A DNA stretch of 64,000 nt from Patellaria atrata CBS 101060. Taxonomy: Eukaryota. The position numbers and the translations under genes were made by a program. Under the pieces are notes generated by a model, which had not been told where the DNA came from, did no database searches, and saw only the letters and a list, made by a program, of their open reading frames with translations. Of this stretch, positions 38,992 to 50,870 are shown one piece after another (positions within the stretch are counted from its first letter, which is position 1; every line of letters begins with the position of its first letter). The stretch covers positions 189,785 through 253,784 of the forward strand of contig MU006093.1 of NCBI GenBank assembly GCA_010093705.1, given 5' to 3'.

Positions 38992-38996
<5 letters not shown>

Positions 38997-39403
38997 CGGA
39001 TAAAGTTGAACGCATCAAGTCTTAACCTACAAAATCGTTCTATAAGTTCCTCAAATTTAGAGTCGAGCACCAATGGACTATTCACGTACCTTTGGGTAAG
39101 GACCACAGACATACCTTCCCTTCTATACGTCAGAGTCTTTTCATCTCGAATCGCATCATGTACTTTTTCCCCAATTACTAGCGTTGCTCCCTCTGTCTGT
39201 CAATAGTGTTCACCCCCACACGCAGATGTATACCTAAGTAACCGATTGCAGAGAATCAAATCAGCAAACAGTAGCTCAATGTCTAAGAAAATGCATTGAT
39301 ATGTTTCGTTAAACTTTAGAACTCCGTACGATCAACGGAAGATACAAAGAGTTGTGTGTCAGTAACGATCATGCTTCAAAGAACTGATTATCACTACGAT
39401 TCG

Positions 39404-40434
39404 CTAATCAATCCATTCCCACTCTTGGGGATTGAATCCTTCCCATATCTTTGGGCCGGGTATAGTATAATTCTGTAAGTGAGTTAGCGCTTTGAAAGAC
39501 TGTCGTCGAATGTTCCGCACTTACAGTAACATTTCTAACTTCCGGTCCGTATAACATCCCAGCAATGGCAAGTCCGGGTTCTGTTTCAGCGTCAGCAAAA
39601 CACATTATCACATATAGATAGGTCATCTCTACGGCGACTCACCATTCATCGAATAGGTGCCAGGAAACTCAACCAAATATTCCTCCGGTGCCACCGCATC
39701 TCCCGTGCCGCTGACCTCCAAGTTCGCGCAATTTGGATAAGATTGTACAGGGTTCAACTCAATCATCAATATTTCGTGCCGAATCAAATAATTCCCAGGC
39801 TTTAGGTTCTTCGGAATGACAACTGGCCAACCTCGGAGTACTCTCCCGCCTTGCTCCCAACCTCTATGTGTTGCTTCCCCCTGGGCGAAATCGCATCTAT
39901 TGAAATGACCGCCATCCTTCATCCCAGCCTCCTGAATCTTAAACCATACCTTTCCTTTCCCGTCGAAGTTCTCACACGGCCCATTGCAGTTCGCCATGTA
40001 TACCATGATCGGACCTGCACAGTGCACCCACTCGCGTTGGTAACGGTTGCATCCCTTCAAATCCGAACCTTCGGGTAAGTCATTGCATTCGTAATCGCGG
40101 TAGTATTGGACATTGATGGTATCCCCGGCTTTGATAGGCGCGTAAGCGGTGGGATTTTTTGCCGGAAGTGCATCACCAGGCCGGTTGCAAGTCATGGCTG
40201 GATCTGCAAAGTCTTGGATGGGATCGGGGTACCAGCGACGTTGAATGCTTTCTTGACCTGCATCGGGGGCGTAAGGATTGTTTCTAGGCGGATTATGAGT
40301 TGGTATGCTCGAAGAGAACAGAGGCGTTCGTACGCTTGGTATTCAATGCCGTTGATGTAGTATCTACTGATGCCGCCATGGCTGGTGACGCTTGTGACAA
40401 GCGATGCCGCGACGATGATGCTGTGCCAAAGCAT
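39404..40434 (-). CDS. AA9 lytic polysaccharide monooxygenase, paralog of 6032-7111, secreted, 4 exons
   Basis: Signal peptide plus His1 (VTS|HGGISRY), SIQRRW, WVHCAGP, WFKI, GNYLIRHE, QSYPNC, FPGTY and NYTIPGPKIW. Introns at 40284-40333, 39581-39642 and 39473-39524. Confidence 0.92.
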
Positions 40435-42074
40435 GGTCAACTCTGCTTTCAGACCGATTCCTATTTGATCTCAAGAGGTGTTGAGGATAGAAGGCGAAAT
40501 TTGGTCAAGCAACTCGCATCATATATGCTCTCCAGATTCCAGTAAACTGGACTGGTACCAAAGTACACGACGATTTATTTTTCTGGAGAATGAGGGGAAG
40601 CATGTCGCTATCTTGGTAGTCGTTGCTATGTATTGAGAGGGATATTAATATCTTGCAGCATCGTTGAGGTGAGTAGATTAATACATCTCGTTGTAAGGGA
40701 GAGTGAGGTTATGGATTGGGCGTCGGTAAGATAGGATACTACTGTGACCTTAGCGATAAAAGTACGGAGTATACATAACATGTGTGGAACAAATGGTTCG
40801 TAATATATACTCACGTACTATAGCGCTTTCTAATTGGCTATGTTTCTGAACTGTATCGAGAAATATATGAAGTATATGAATGCCCTAGTCGCGGACATAA
40901 CATTCCTCCTATTTCTAAAGTGCTTGACTCCTACAACTGATGTTCTTGAGTGGTTACTTCGTAAAAGCCACGACTCTCAATCCCGGAATATCAGTATGGG
41001 TATAGTTGTAATTGAAAGAGGTTATACCTAAGTGCCTAGAAACAAGTATACAAGCAGTTCCAATGTCGGAAAGCTCATTCGATGATCGCCAATGCATGTA
41101 TAGGTTATCGATACCGAAGTTTATTAGATTGGAGGAAACTTGGATTTCGGAAACATATCCGTTTGCGGTTCTATGTCCAGATTTTTGAGATCGCGTTGTA
41201 CTAGTCAATACCTATTCATCATATCATTCTTTCCTCAACATTCTCCCACTCGAGCTGCTCCTCAATAAATGCTAGAACCATTTGACAATATAGCGTGTCA
41301 TGACTGGTAATCACTCCAAATATTCTGCATATCACATTATAACGCATACTATAGCCTGCAGTTATAGACAGAAATCAACTTGTCGAATAAAATAGCCATG
41401 CGCCCAGTCTGATATGTGGAATCCACAAAGATCCGCATCTGATTGTGCTCTGCGAACGTATACAACCCAGTTTCAATATCAGAGGTCAAACAGTCTTCAA
41501 GTTGACGTTAACAGATGCATCTAGACTCAAGCCGTCGGGCAGCGGTGTTTTCACTGAATTTCGGATTGAAAGATAACAATAGTAAAGGTAACTCTCAAAG
41601 CTAGAAGATCGTCAGACGGCCTAATTGTTGATATTCCAACCTTTTATTCCTCGAGTACGGAATCCGAGCTGAGAAAAAGGGATAATGTGTAGCGAATGGC
41701 TGCTTGGACTCCAATCTTTTGGCTGTGGTGGCTTAGTTCAGCTGAATAGTGGAAAATCAAGTTTTGTAGACATACTCCTGCAACAGTTCAAATCTGTCAG
41801 ATCTCACGCTATTTTCATTGGTCGTATGGAACGAGAGGGTAGAAGAGATGCTCGGTATTGGGTGAAAATGATTGTCAGATCGGACAAATTTTAGAACGAG
41901 AGAGACCGTGAATCCCACCACAAGAGAATTCGGTATCCTCAAGTTATTATACAAACAAAAGATGCGTGCAGCACTATAAAGAGGACAGAGGGCTGTTCAT
42001 TCAAATCACTGACCTCGGTATCGTTCGATTCCCCTTGGAATATCTGTCTCGTCTACATCAAGAGCATCACTATC

Positions 42075-43022
42075 ATGCCAACCCAAGAGAATGTCCAAGC
42101 CGGTATCCCGGTAGAAGTCATTCTCCTCGATAAGATCAAGTGCACAAGCTTAGCTTCCCAAAAGTTTCTTCACGACTGTCCTGGGGAATATCAGAGCACC
42201 TTCGCGAGTACAACGAAACCAGAAAGTGCTCCAGCGGACCAACAAGTTCCAGAAATGACTGAGGATTCTGAACGAAAGCCTTCCGCAGTCTTTTTGCCCG
42301 ACGACCGTTATATCTATACGGACACAAACTACCCTTGGTCATTGGTTGGACGAGTTCGAACCGCAACAGGTGCTGTTGGATCTGGAGCGGTTGTCGGCCC
42401 ACGACATGTCCTCACAGCTTCGCACGTAGTCGATTGGACGCGAGATGCAAACGGTAGTGTTGGAGCTGCATGGTTCACACCAGCGTACTATGACGGGAGA
42501 GGTCCCTGGGGTGAATTTACAGTACGGCAGGTTTACTCGTGGCGAGAGAACAGTCCTGCAAGACTCTCAGACAGCCAGACTGCCTTTGATTACGCAATAC
42601 TTGTACTTCATGATACAATCAGCGATAAAGTTGGCGGGTTTGCAGGAGCACGCGTCTATGACGCACAGTGGAACGGACAGGCACTTTGGCAAACTCTCGG
42701 ATATCCGGTTGATTTGAATAACGGGGAGAGACCTGCATTTCAGGGAGGCTGTATCATTTCTACTAAAGAGGACCATATGTTCGATGTCGGCGGAGGTAGG
42801 ATTAATGGTGCAGTTCTTGGCCATTTTAACGATATATTTGGCGGGCAAAGTGGTGGTCCAGTATGGAGGACCTTCGAAGGGGAGAAATTCCCACGTGTGG
42901 TAGGAGTTCAGAGTACTGAATCTTCCACACCTCAGCTCGGTAGTACGACTGGTGATAATGAGTACGGTGGTGGTCAAGCGTTGTTCGATCTAGTGGATTG
43001 GGTCAAAACTAACGTTCCGTAG
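42075..43022 (+). CDS. Trypsin-fold serine protease of bacterial S1B (glutamyl-endopeptidase-like) type, intronless
   Basis: Catalytic triad motifs HVLTASH, FDYAIL and GGQSGGP; LGYP; AVFLPDDR...TNYPW, resembling the mature N-terminus of Bacillus enzymes. TATAAA at 41975-41980. Confidence 0.88.
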   Translation: MPTQENVQAGIPVEVILLDKIKCTSLASQKFLHDCPGEYQSTFASTTKPESAPADQQVPEMTEDSERKPSAVFLPDDRYIYTDTNYPWSLVGRVRTATGAVGSGAVVGPRHVLTASHVVDWTRDANGSVGAAWFTPAYYDGRGPWGEFTVRQVYSWRENSPARLSDSQTAFDYAILVLHDTISDKVGGFAGARVYDAQWNGQALWQTLGYPVDLNNGERPAFQGGCIISTKEDHMFDVGGGRINGAVLGHFNDIFGGQSGGPVWRTFEGEKFPRVVGVQSTESSTPQLGSTTGDNEYGGGQALFDLVDWVKTNVP

Positions 43023-44013
43023 GTAGTAGTGTCGGGTGATATGGTATTAAGGAATAATTTACGAACCAGACCTGTACTATACAAGATCATCTCCTGAGTG
43101 GATTATGAATGTGAGGGACTCCGTAGGACGGAGCCAACCTGACCCATGAATCAAACGTAGGAGCTACCAATGATTTCGAATATCCGGCGAAAGTAAGGAG
43201 TATCCCCTGTCTTCAGATTCCTTTCCGGTCCCATCGTAACCTGTACCTGATCCTTGTTCCATCGCACTCTACATCTGCTCCGGCTTCCCGACATAGTGTA
43301 CGTTACGTAGAGGGTGATATCTCAGCTCCATCTTAACCGAACATCCGAACACGTTGGGCTTTTTGTAAAGATAGTCCTGCCTTGCTCGGTCGCTGAGTAG
43401 ATGTCAATAGCTGTAATTCATCGAAGATGTCCATTGGAGGTGAGGCTTAGGCCAGTGGATGATTGTGCTAAGTCGTAGATGCGAAGTGTTCATTCTGGTG
43501 CGGTGGCCAGGAGTACGGGGAAGTAAGACGAGGTTGATCCATTGTACTGAACATTGTACTGAACAGTTCAGTTGGCTGGTTGGGTAGGGTGAGGAAAGAG
43601 CAGTCCGAGAGCCCACGTACAAGTACTTCCGTACGATAAATGCTCCCAGATTCTTGAGTACTATCTATCGATTCGACTCATTTGATAGCGAAGATTAAAG
43701 GTAAGTAGCGACCCAATGTGCGCAGTATCCGGGTACAGAGTATACTATTAAGGGACTGTACAAAGTTGACAAGTATGGAATACGGAGTAGAAATGGTGGA
43801 AGAACTAATAAGCGCACGGACCTGTAGTTCTACACATTGTTCGACTTCATTCCATAGTTCTACTTTAATACTTCTATTCCCAACGGTCGTCAACCCTTCC
43901 TTAATTGTAATAACATTCTGCCCTTTGGCATAGTTCTAGCGGAAGTGACAATGTGAGAAAAAGACTTCAACAGCTTTCAATTCAAATCGGAGATGTATCC
44001 AGTTTTAAACTCT

Positions 44014-44148
44014 AATATCACAAGCCTTCCAATATCACAAGCCTTCCAATATCACAAGCCTTCCAATATCACAAGCCTTCCAATATCACAAGCCTTCCAA
44101 TATCACAAGCCTTCCAATATCACAAGCCTTCCAATATCACAAGCCTTC
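44014..44148. repeat. Minisatellite of 17-bp unit AATATCACAAGCCTTCC, 7 perfect copies plus one 16/17 copy
   Basis: Read directly from the sequence. There are no spacers between units. Confidence 0.97.
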
Positions 44149-45584
44149 GATTGCAAGATCACTCTCCCAGCTAGGATGCTTCTCTGGGTTACTTAAAAGC
44201 AGAGCCATATCTCTCCCCTCCTGTGTCTCAAATCCAGACGTCATTTCAAATTGCTTCACAGCTAATTTTGCATACTTTTTCGTTGGTTCAAGCAGGCCGA
44301 GTTCGCTAGCAGTCAAAGCAGCCAGCTGATAGTATGTTCCCAGAGGTGCGATTAAACCCTCCTTGTTGTACAGATCGATGATTTCCCCAAGGATTGCGAG
44401 AAAGGAAGATTTGTCGTCAAGTTCTGGAAGCGTATTCGAGAGCTCTTCGATTTTTCTCAATCGCCCATCAGATATCTTGGTTCTTTCTGGCGTCGCAGTG
44501 CAGAGGCTACATTCACAGTCAAAGCCCCAGTTATCTTTGAGATACTTTCTTCGAGCGTTATGTCCGAGCTCAGAAGGTGCATCTACATAGAGTCAATAAC
44601 ACTCTGGACGAGGTATATGGTACCATACAGCTGAATGTGATCTCCTCCCCTGGCTTAATGAGCATGAGTGCGGAAACTTCTTGGGCTATCCCAGAATCGT
44701 CAGTTCGGTATATTGCACTTCTACTCGTCAGTTTCTGATGTTTCTCAACTATCAGGACAACCTTACTTCGGGCGACAATCATGATTAATCCGCTGTCTTG
44801 ATGTTAGCGGAGCTATTCTAACGGTCTAAATGTTACCTACAGCTATTTCTGGGGCTAAAATAGTATGTCTATTCTCATCGTCCCAGGCATAACTTTGCCC
44901 GATAGCATTTGTTTTGAGAAGATCCTCTATTTCATCATCCCCTCGACCCTGTTTCGCCAGACTCCGGGTCAAGTCCTGAGTTTTCTTAGGTAGTTGGCTC
45001 ATTGTGTGCCATTGCATTGCTTGACGGATGTTGTGAGGTAACACATGGATTGCTTTCTGGTGAATGGCTATAGTTGGATAACTATTCAAGATAATCTCCC
45101 CAGGTCTAAAAGTTCCGTTAGCAAAGACACCAATTCCACGACCGGGCTTTTCTATCAGCTGATATTTGATACGCTTTTGGTCAAAGAATGGTAGTTTTTG
45201 CCGATATGATATATCATAAGGATATGATCCATATGCTCGAGAATGTCTTGCAACGAAGGAAGCGATGTCCGGTGTCGTGAGTATGCTCATCCCCCGACCG
45301 TTCTGATAATCAGCATCTGTATAAATACAGAGCGACTCAACATGTTCTCCAGTCTTAGAACGCAATTTGAGACAAGCTGGTTCGTGGGTCCAGGGTATAA
45401 ACGATATACTCTTTCCAGGGTAGTCAAGACCTAATTTGGCCGGTGATGTCGTTTCCTCCCAGGATTCAAGTGGCCATGGATCATTAGGCCGAGATGTATC
45501 TTGACAACATCCTAGAAATGATTGGAAGAAAATAATAATACAAAGAATAATGCTGTAACACATAGGATAACGCAAAGGCCCCAT
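44137..45584 (-). CDS. SET-domain protein (SMYD/Set5-like) with an N-terminal signal-peptide-like segment, about 4 exons
   Basis: PGRGIGVFA...F.PGEII; spliced RINHDCRP; PGEEITFSY; post-SET WGFDCECSLC; helical C-terminus. Three GT-AG introns lie between about 44587 and 44838. Confidence 0.85.
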
Positions 45585-46167
45585 CTCTTTGAAATGAGAA
45601 GCAATTGGGAGATAGTGAGTTAACTTTAAGAATAATAATAAAAAACAATCTTAACCAAGTATAAACAGAAAAGGAAGATTTATTCTACATGACTGATTGT
45701 TCAAAAAAAAAACCCAAAGATTCCAGTAGTCAATTAAAGCCACGTCGTACCTACGTTATTAGGTTCTGAATCTTAGCATTTAATCTATCTGTGACAAGAA
45801 CAAGAAAAACATTTCAAGCGAACACAACACCAACTCATCGATTAGGGCCGGCGACCGGATTTCGAGAAATGAATATTGAAAAATCAAGAATATTATGATG
45901 TATTTCAAAGTTCCAAATGCAAAACTCACACTGGTTTGCTGTCTTTCCTACGAATTAAAGACTGATAGAGAGTGATTTATGTGTTCTAGTGATCTATAGA
46001 CAGACTCTAACAATATGATTTGTCTTGTAATTGCGGTACTTCCAAAGTTCAGCGTTGATTTATTAAGTGCGAAAGTCTATTATAAGTTCGTGCCTAACGA
46101 ATCGACCTAGGTCGGTCTCAGTATTTGGATATCACTTCCGCAACACAAAACCTCCTTAGCATAGGAA

Positions 46168-48099
46168 CTAGTGTCTGACGACACCCCCCGCCTCTTCCAA
46201 CTCATTCAGAATCTCTTCTGTCGCCTTTTCACTTAACATCATGGTGGGTAATACTGGGAAACCACCAGGAACCGCAGGAAATGAGCTTGCATCCACAACT
46301 CTGAGCCCCTTAACCCCACGGACTCGGAATTTGGAATCCAACACCGCCATCTCATCACCGTCAGCTCCTATCGCACAAGTGCTAGATGCATGATGACTAT
46401 AGGCTTGTTCCTTGATGTATTTCTTTTGCTCCTCATCGGTACAATTTCCTTTCGGGTAAGGGCAAGGATGCTTCTCTTTGAAAGGACCAAGTCCGCCACC
46501 GACCTTGGAGACGAATCCTCGCACCCATTTCACAGCTTCTAAAATTGCTTGGAGATCTTGGGACTCTCCAGTCTTGAAGAAATTAAGGTTGACATCGGGG
46601 ACGTCCCGAGGATCGGCAGAACGCAGGGTGACAGCTCCAGCTTGAGAACGTGGGTTCATGTGAACTATAGCACACTCATATTGAGATGGTCCATATGATT
46701 CCGGGAAACTAGTACATATGTCAGTGGTCTGTATATAAGGATTGGATGGTGAAGAGCCAAGAATCAAAGTGATGACATATTGCGCTTACCCTGGCCAGAA
46801 CCCTTCAAAGGAGAAAGATCCACACCACATATAGATATCCCTAATCTTCGCTACACTAGTCTTAAGGAAAACAGGGAAGATCTCGCTAGCGCCAGCAATA
46901 GCACGAGAAGCTAGAGAGAGGATACCAGCTTCGTAATTGTCTGCGAGACGGTGTCCAACGCCAGGGAGGTCAACCACAACAGGGATATTGAATTTCTTAA
47001 GTTCCTCGGCAGGACCGATTCCAGAGAGCTTGAGAAGTTGAGGACTGTTGAAAGCACCACCAGAGATGATAACCTCCTTTGAAGCAAAGGCGCGACCGGG
47101 TGTACCTTTTTCACTCGCATTAAAACGAGGATCAGCACTGTACATGCTTTTTCCTTGGAGGAATTCAACTCCTATGGCCTTCGGCTTGGTAGTATCATTA
47201 CTGAAGATGATTTTTGTGGCCAATGTGTCAAGTTGAAGTGTCAGAGGGTATTTGTTTTCGTTAACCGTGTTCCTAACGTAATATCCTGGGGAAGAACGGT
47301 TCTGGTTTGGAGCAATATGACTCACACCGCCGAAGATTCCAGTCAACTGGTCCCTATTGGGTTGATCCCCATTCATATCTCTCATTGTGAGTTCGGGTAA
47401 GTCATCCACAGAGGCACCTGAAGCTAAGGCTGCCTGTTGTAGGAAGAGTTTAGAATCAGGGTTGGTTTCTAACCCTGAATCCAGCATAGTCATATCTAGC
47501 CACCCGGTATATCCATGTCCCTCGGTTCCGTTAGGTAGGTAATGTACTCGTTCAAGATTGATAAGATATTTACGCATATTTTCCGCTGTCCATGAGCTGT
47601 CTCCAGTCATTTTAGCAATGTCATCCCAATCAGCATCATTGGGGTTCATCGTGAGGCAACCGTTGTGCATCGCACAGCCCCCTAAAGTTCCAGCTCGAGG
47701 ATAATATATTCCAAGTTGTTCGGCACCTGCCGGGGGATCAGTGCCAACGTAAAAGCTTCCATCCTTATTCCGCCAGGTCATTCGCAGGTATCTTGATTCC
47801 CGTTCCGGGTCATCAGAATGCTTCACAAAGAAATCCCACCGCGTTGCAGGGTCATTGCCAGCCAGGTTGAAGTTATACCATAAAGAGACGTTCACATTCT
47901 GCGTTTGGTCATCTCCAGCCTCCAGTAAAAGGACGCTATGCCCAGCTCTAGCGAGATTTGCTGCCACTGGTCCTCCACCGGGTCCACTTCCTATGACAAT
48001 GTATTCATATGTGTTGTTTTCCCAAGCTCCAGTATTATGGATGAGAGAGAAGAATGACAGACAGAGTAGGTAAGATAGAAAGGAAAATGACCGATACAT
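46168..48099 (-). CDS. GMC oxidoreductase (AA3, choline-dehydrogenase-like), secreted, 2 exons
   Basis: Signal peptide, YEYIVIGSGPGGG FAD motif, GTLGGCAMHN, GGAFNSPQLLKLSGIGP, YSHHASST and LRVVDASSFP. Intron at 46709-46789. Confidence 0.93.
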
Positions 48100-50870
48100 G
48101 GTGGGTCTTGCAAAATTGGATGATATACAAAATGATGAGCTCAAACCAGCTCACTCGGAGGAAACTCTCTTTTTGAAGACGACGCAATTGATATTCTCTG
48201 CCGGTCTTAGGGGCGGGTCTGGTGCGGGGCCGCAATGTAGAGATAACATGTCAATATAGAGCTATGATGCACGAAGAAGATCGGTGCGTAAAGCCCGCGG
48301 GAACCACAACTGTAGTTGAACAGGGTCACCACAGACAGTCTGATGATTTGGACACTGACTCTCGTAATTGGTCAAGTTCTCTTATTAAGAGTACATTCTT
48401 GCCGCTTCTTCATAGGGCTGGACGATATGGGAAACTTACATTTACTCCAGACAATGTAATAGATGAGTGCTAGTTCCACCGATGGCCTGATGTGAAGATA
48501 GGAAAGGGGAATGTACCTTTGAAATTATGAAACTCGAGATCTAAGCGGTTTGAGTATTTTTGAATCCATTATAAAAGGAATTTCAGTTGCATTGTAACTT
48601 GCGGTAACCATCTCCAAGGATCCAAGCGTTCTCTCGGCAAATGCAGGAACGCACGTCGGAGTGGAAATAAAACCAACGAACAATTATAAATGAAGCAAGG
48701 GAAATAGAAGTTTCGGCGAAGACCATCTCCACACTCCACAAGATTTCAGGCGTGCAAAATGGGATGGTATCTATATTATACCCGCTACATAGCTCATGAT
48801 ATATCCAGCGGGGCGGCGAGTGTTAGATTGGCTGTTGAATTAAAGGCTAAACAGGGTAACTATGTACAGCAGAATAGACAGCCGAGGACTTTATTCTAGC
48901 CGTTAATACGTGCATCCACGGCTAACATATCTTTAATGAGCCATCTTATGGTTTTTGAGAGGATTGATACGTGATATGAAGACATGAGCTTCGGAAGGCT
49001 GAATTGAAGAGACAAATGGCCGGGGGGGCGTGCAAAGGTGAAGCAGGCCGTTAGTTTAGATAGGTCTAAAGAGAAGACGGCGAGCGACAGGAGAACGAAT
49101 GGTATGTGACAGATATCTTGGATTCGAGACATCGGAAAGCGTAGAATCTGGGATGGAAATGTGTGCGGGAAAACAGTTCAACTTAAGCGCGATCAGCTAC
49201 AATACGGTACCTTACCTTACCTAATCGAGTGGAATAAATCTACCGAAGATGAGCCGTGTTGGCGTAGTTCTCAACTGAATGCTTGACGCGTGATGAAATC
49301 CACACAGGTATGAGCTAAGGTAGTAGATAGAAGGGTAAGAGTGTTCATTGATTGTCAACTATCTGGAGTGGGTGCGTGTGCTATCTTATAGTATTGCCTG
49401 CTTAACCATCTCACCCAACCATCTGATATCCAGCCACCTTGCGTGACCCTCAATTTCACCAACGCGGGACCTCACCCCCTATTCATCAGTATCATACTGT
49501 ACTTTCATCAAAGTTTCTAGGTATTCCTGGTTGTCCAAATCGCAGCCTAGGTATACTTACAAAAGGGAGATGGCCGTTCTGGACATCTTGCGTTGGATCG
49601 TACGCAATTGTGGCTTCTGCGCCGTTGCAGTTGCTTGTACTTGTCATCCTTGATGGAGAGATCCTTGAGTTGGGGCGTAGTTCAAGGGAGTGAAGTGAGG
49701 AGAGTGTTAAGATGTTAACCAAGGAAAGAGACTTTAACAATGCTCATCGAAAGGGCGAGAAAATGTCATTGCTCAGATTGAGACCTCAATGGGGCTGTCA
49801 GCGCTTCGACCATGCAGCCGCATCTAAGGTTTCAAGAAGCGGAGAATGAGGGTTGAGGAATGCAATACTAGAGAGAAGTGGAGGGCTAACCTGATCTATG
49901 AAGATGGTGGTACTTTTACGTTACGACTTGAGAAAGACATCATGGATAGATGCAGTAGAGCTGTATAATCACTGTGCTCGAAAAAAAGGAGGAAAAAGGG
50001 GTAAGTAACTCAGATATTCTAGGTACACAAGTGAACCAAGAACCAAACGTTATCAATCATAATTGAGACTTCTTGCTTGACGTGCCGAACTCGTGAGTCT
50101 TTTGCATTAAGAATCTGGATAGATAAGCTAGAGCGTAGGAGGAACCTACAGTTCATGAATAGTACCGCATATGAACGAGAGAGGATCATAGACTCCGTAA
50201 GAGTGTAGATAGAGCGAAAGGATCAATGGCATTGTGCATAAGAGCATCATATTGAGGGCGTTGGAGGCACATGTCACGATACCATATCTGGGAGTCAACT
50301 ACATTGTAGAGTTTTTTTTAGATTGTTTCTACTTATGGTAATTACTGATCTACCTGCAAGCACACTGAAAACACAGAAAGCAATGAGCAGTAAGAAGTAA
50401 GCAACAAACATGGGAACGGAAAGAATAAAGCCGCCTAAATCATATAGTCGGTCCAACAGGCAAACACAGACCAAGATGTTGATGATGGCCATTCAATGGC
50501 AATCCCAGGGTATCAACCAAGAATGCAGATATATATGAAAAATGAGTTGCAACTGAGACACGGTCTTTACTGCGCCATTCGTCTTGATGAAATGTATACA
50601 AAAACGTGGGTATATGATAGCGAGATGATGCTAGAAACGCCGTTTGCACCATCGCTATGTCAATCGATAATTCCAAGGAAATGTGGGATATAGAATTTGG
50701 TCACTTGCAGAATTCGGTAATTGATATAGAGGATTGCTGAAAAGAAGACCATATTCAGTGAAAATGAGAATCGTGAGTTGTGAGCCGCGAACTGAGACGT
50801 TGAGCCATGGTCTAATAAGGCTGTATAATGGATAATAGTTGAAGACAGAGAATCTAGAAAAACACTTTCG

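Noticed and set aside
42023..42032. GTTCGATTCC tRNA T-loop-like motif
   Set aside because: No flanking T-stem or acceptor stem; it lies in the protease 5' region.
44014..44148. CRISPR-like array
   Set aside because: Units are directly head-to-tail with no spacers, there are no cas genes, and the context is eukaryotic.
50295..50676. Membrane-protein-like fragments downstream of the CRKHYQR gene
   Set aside because: Split over frames, with no identifiable family or splice model.
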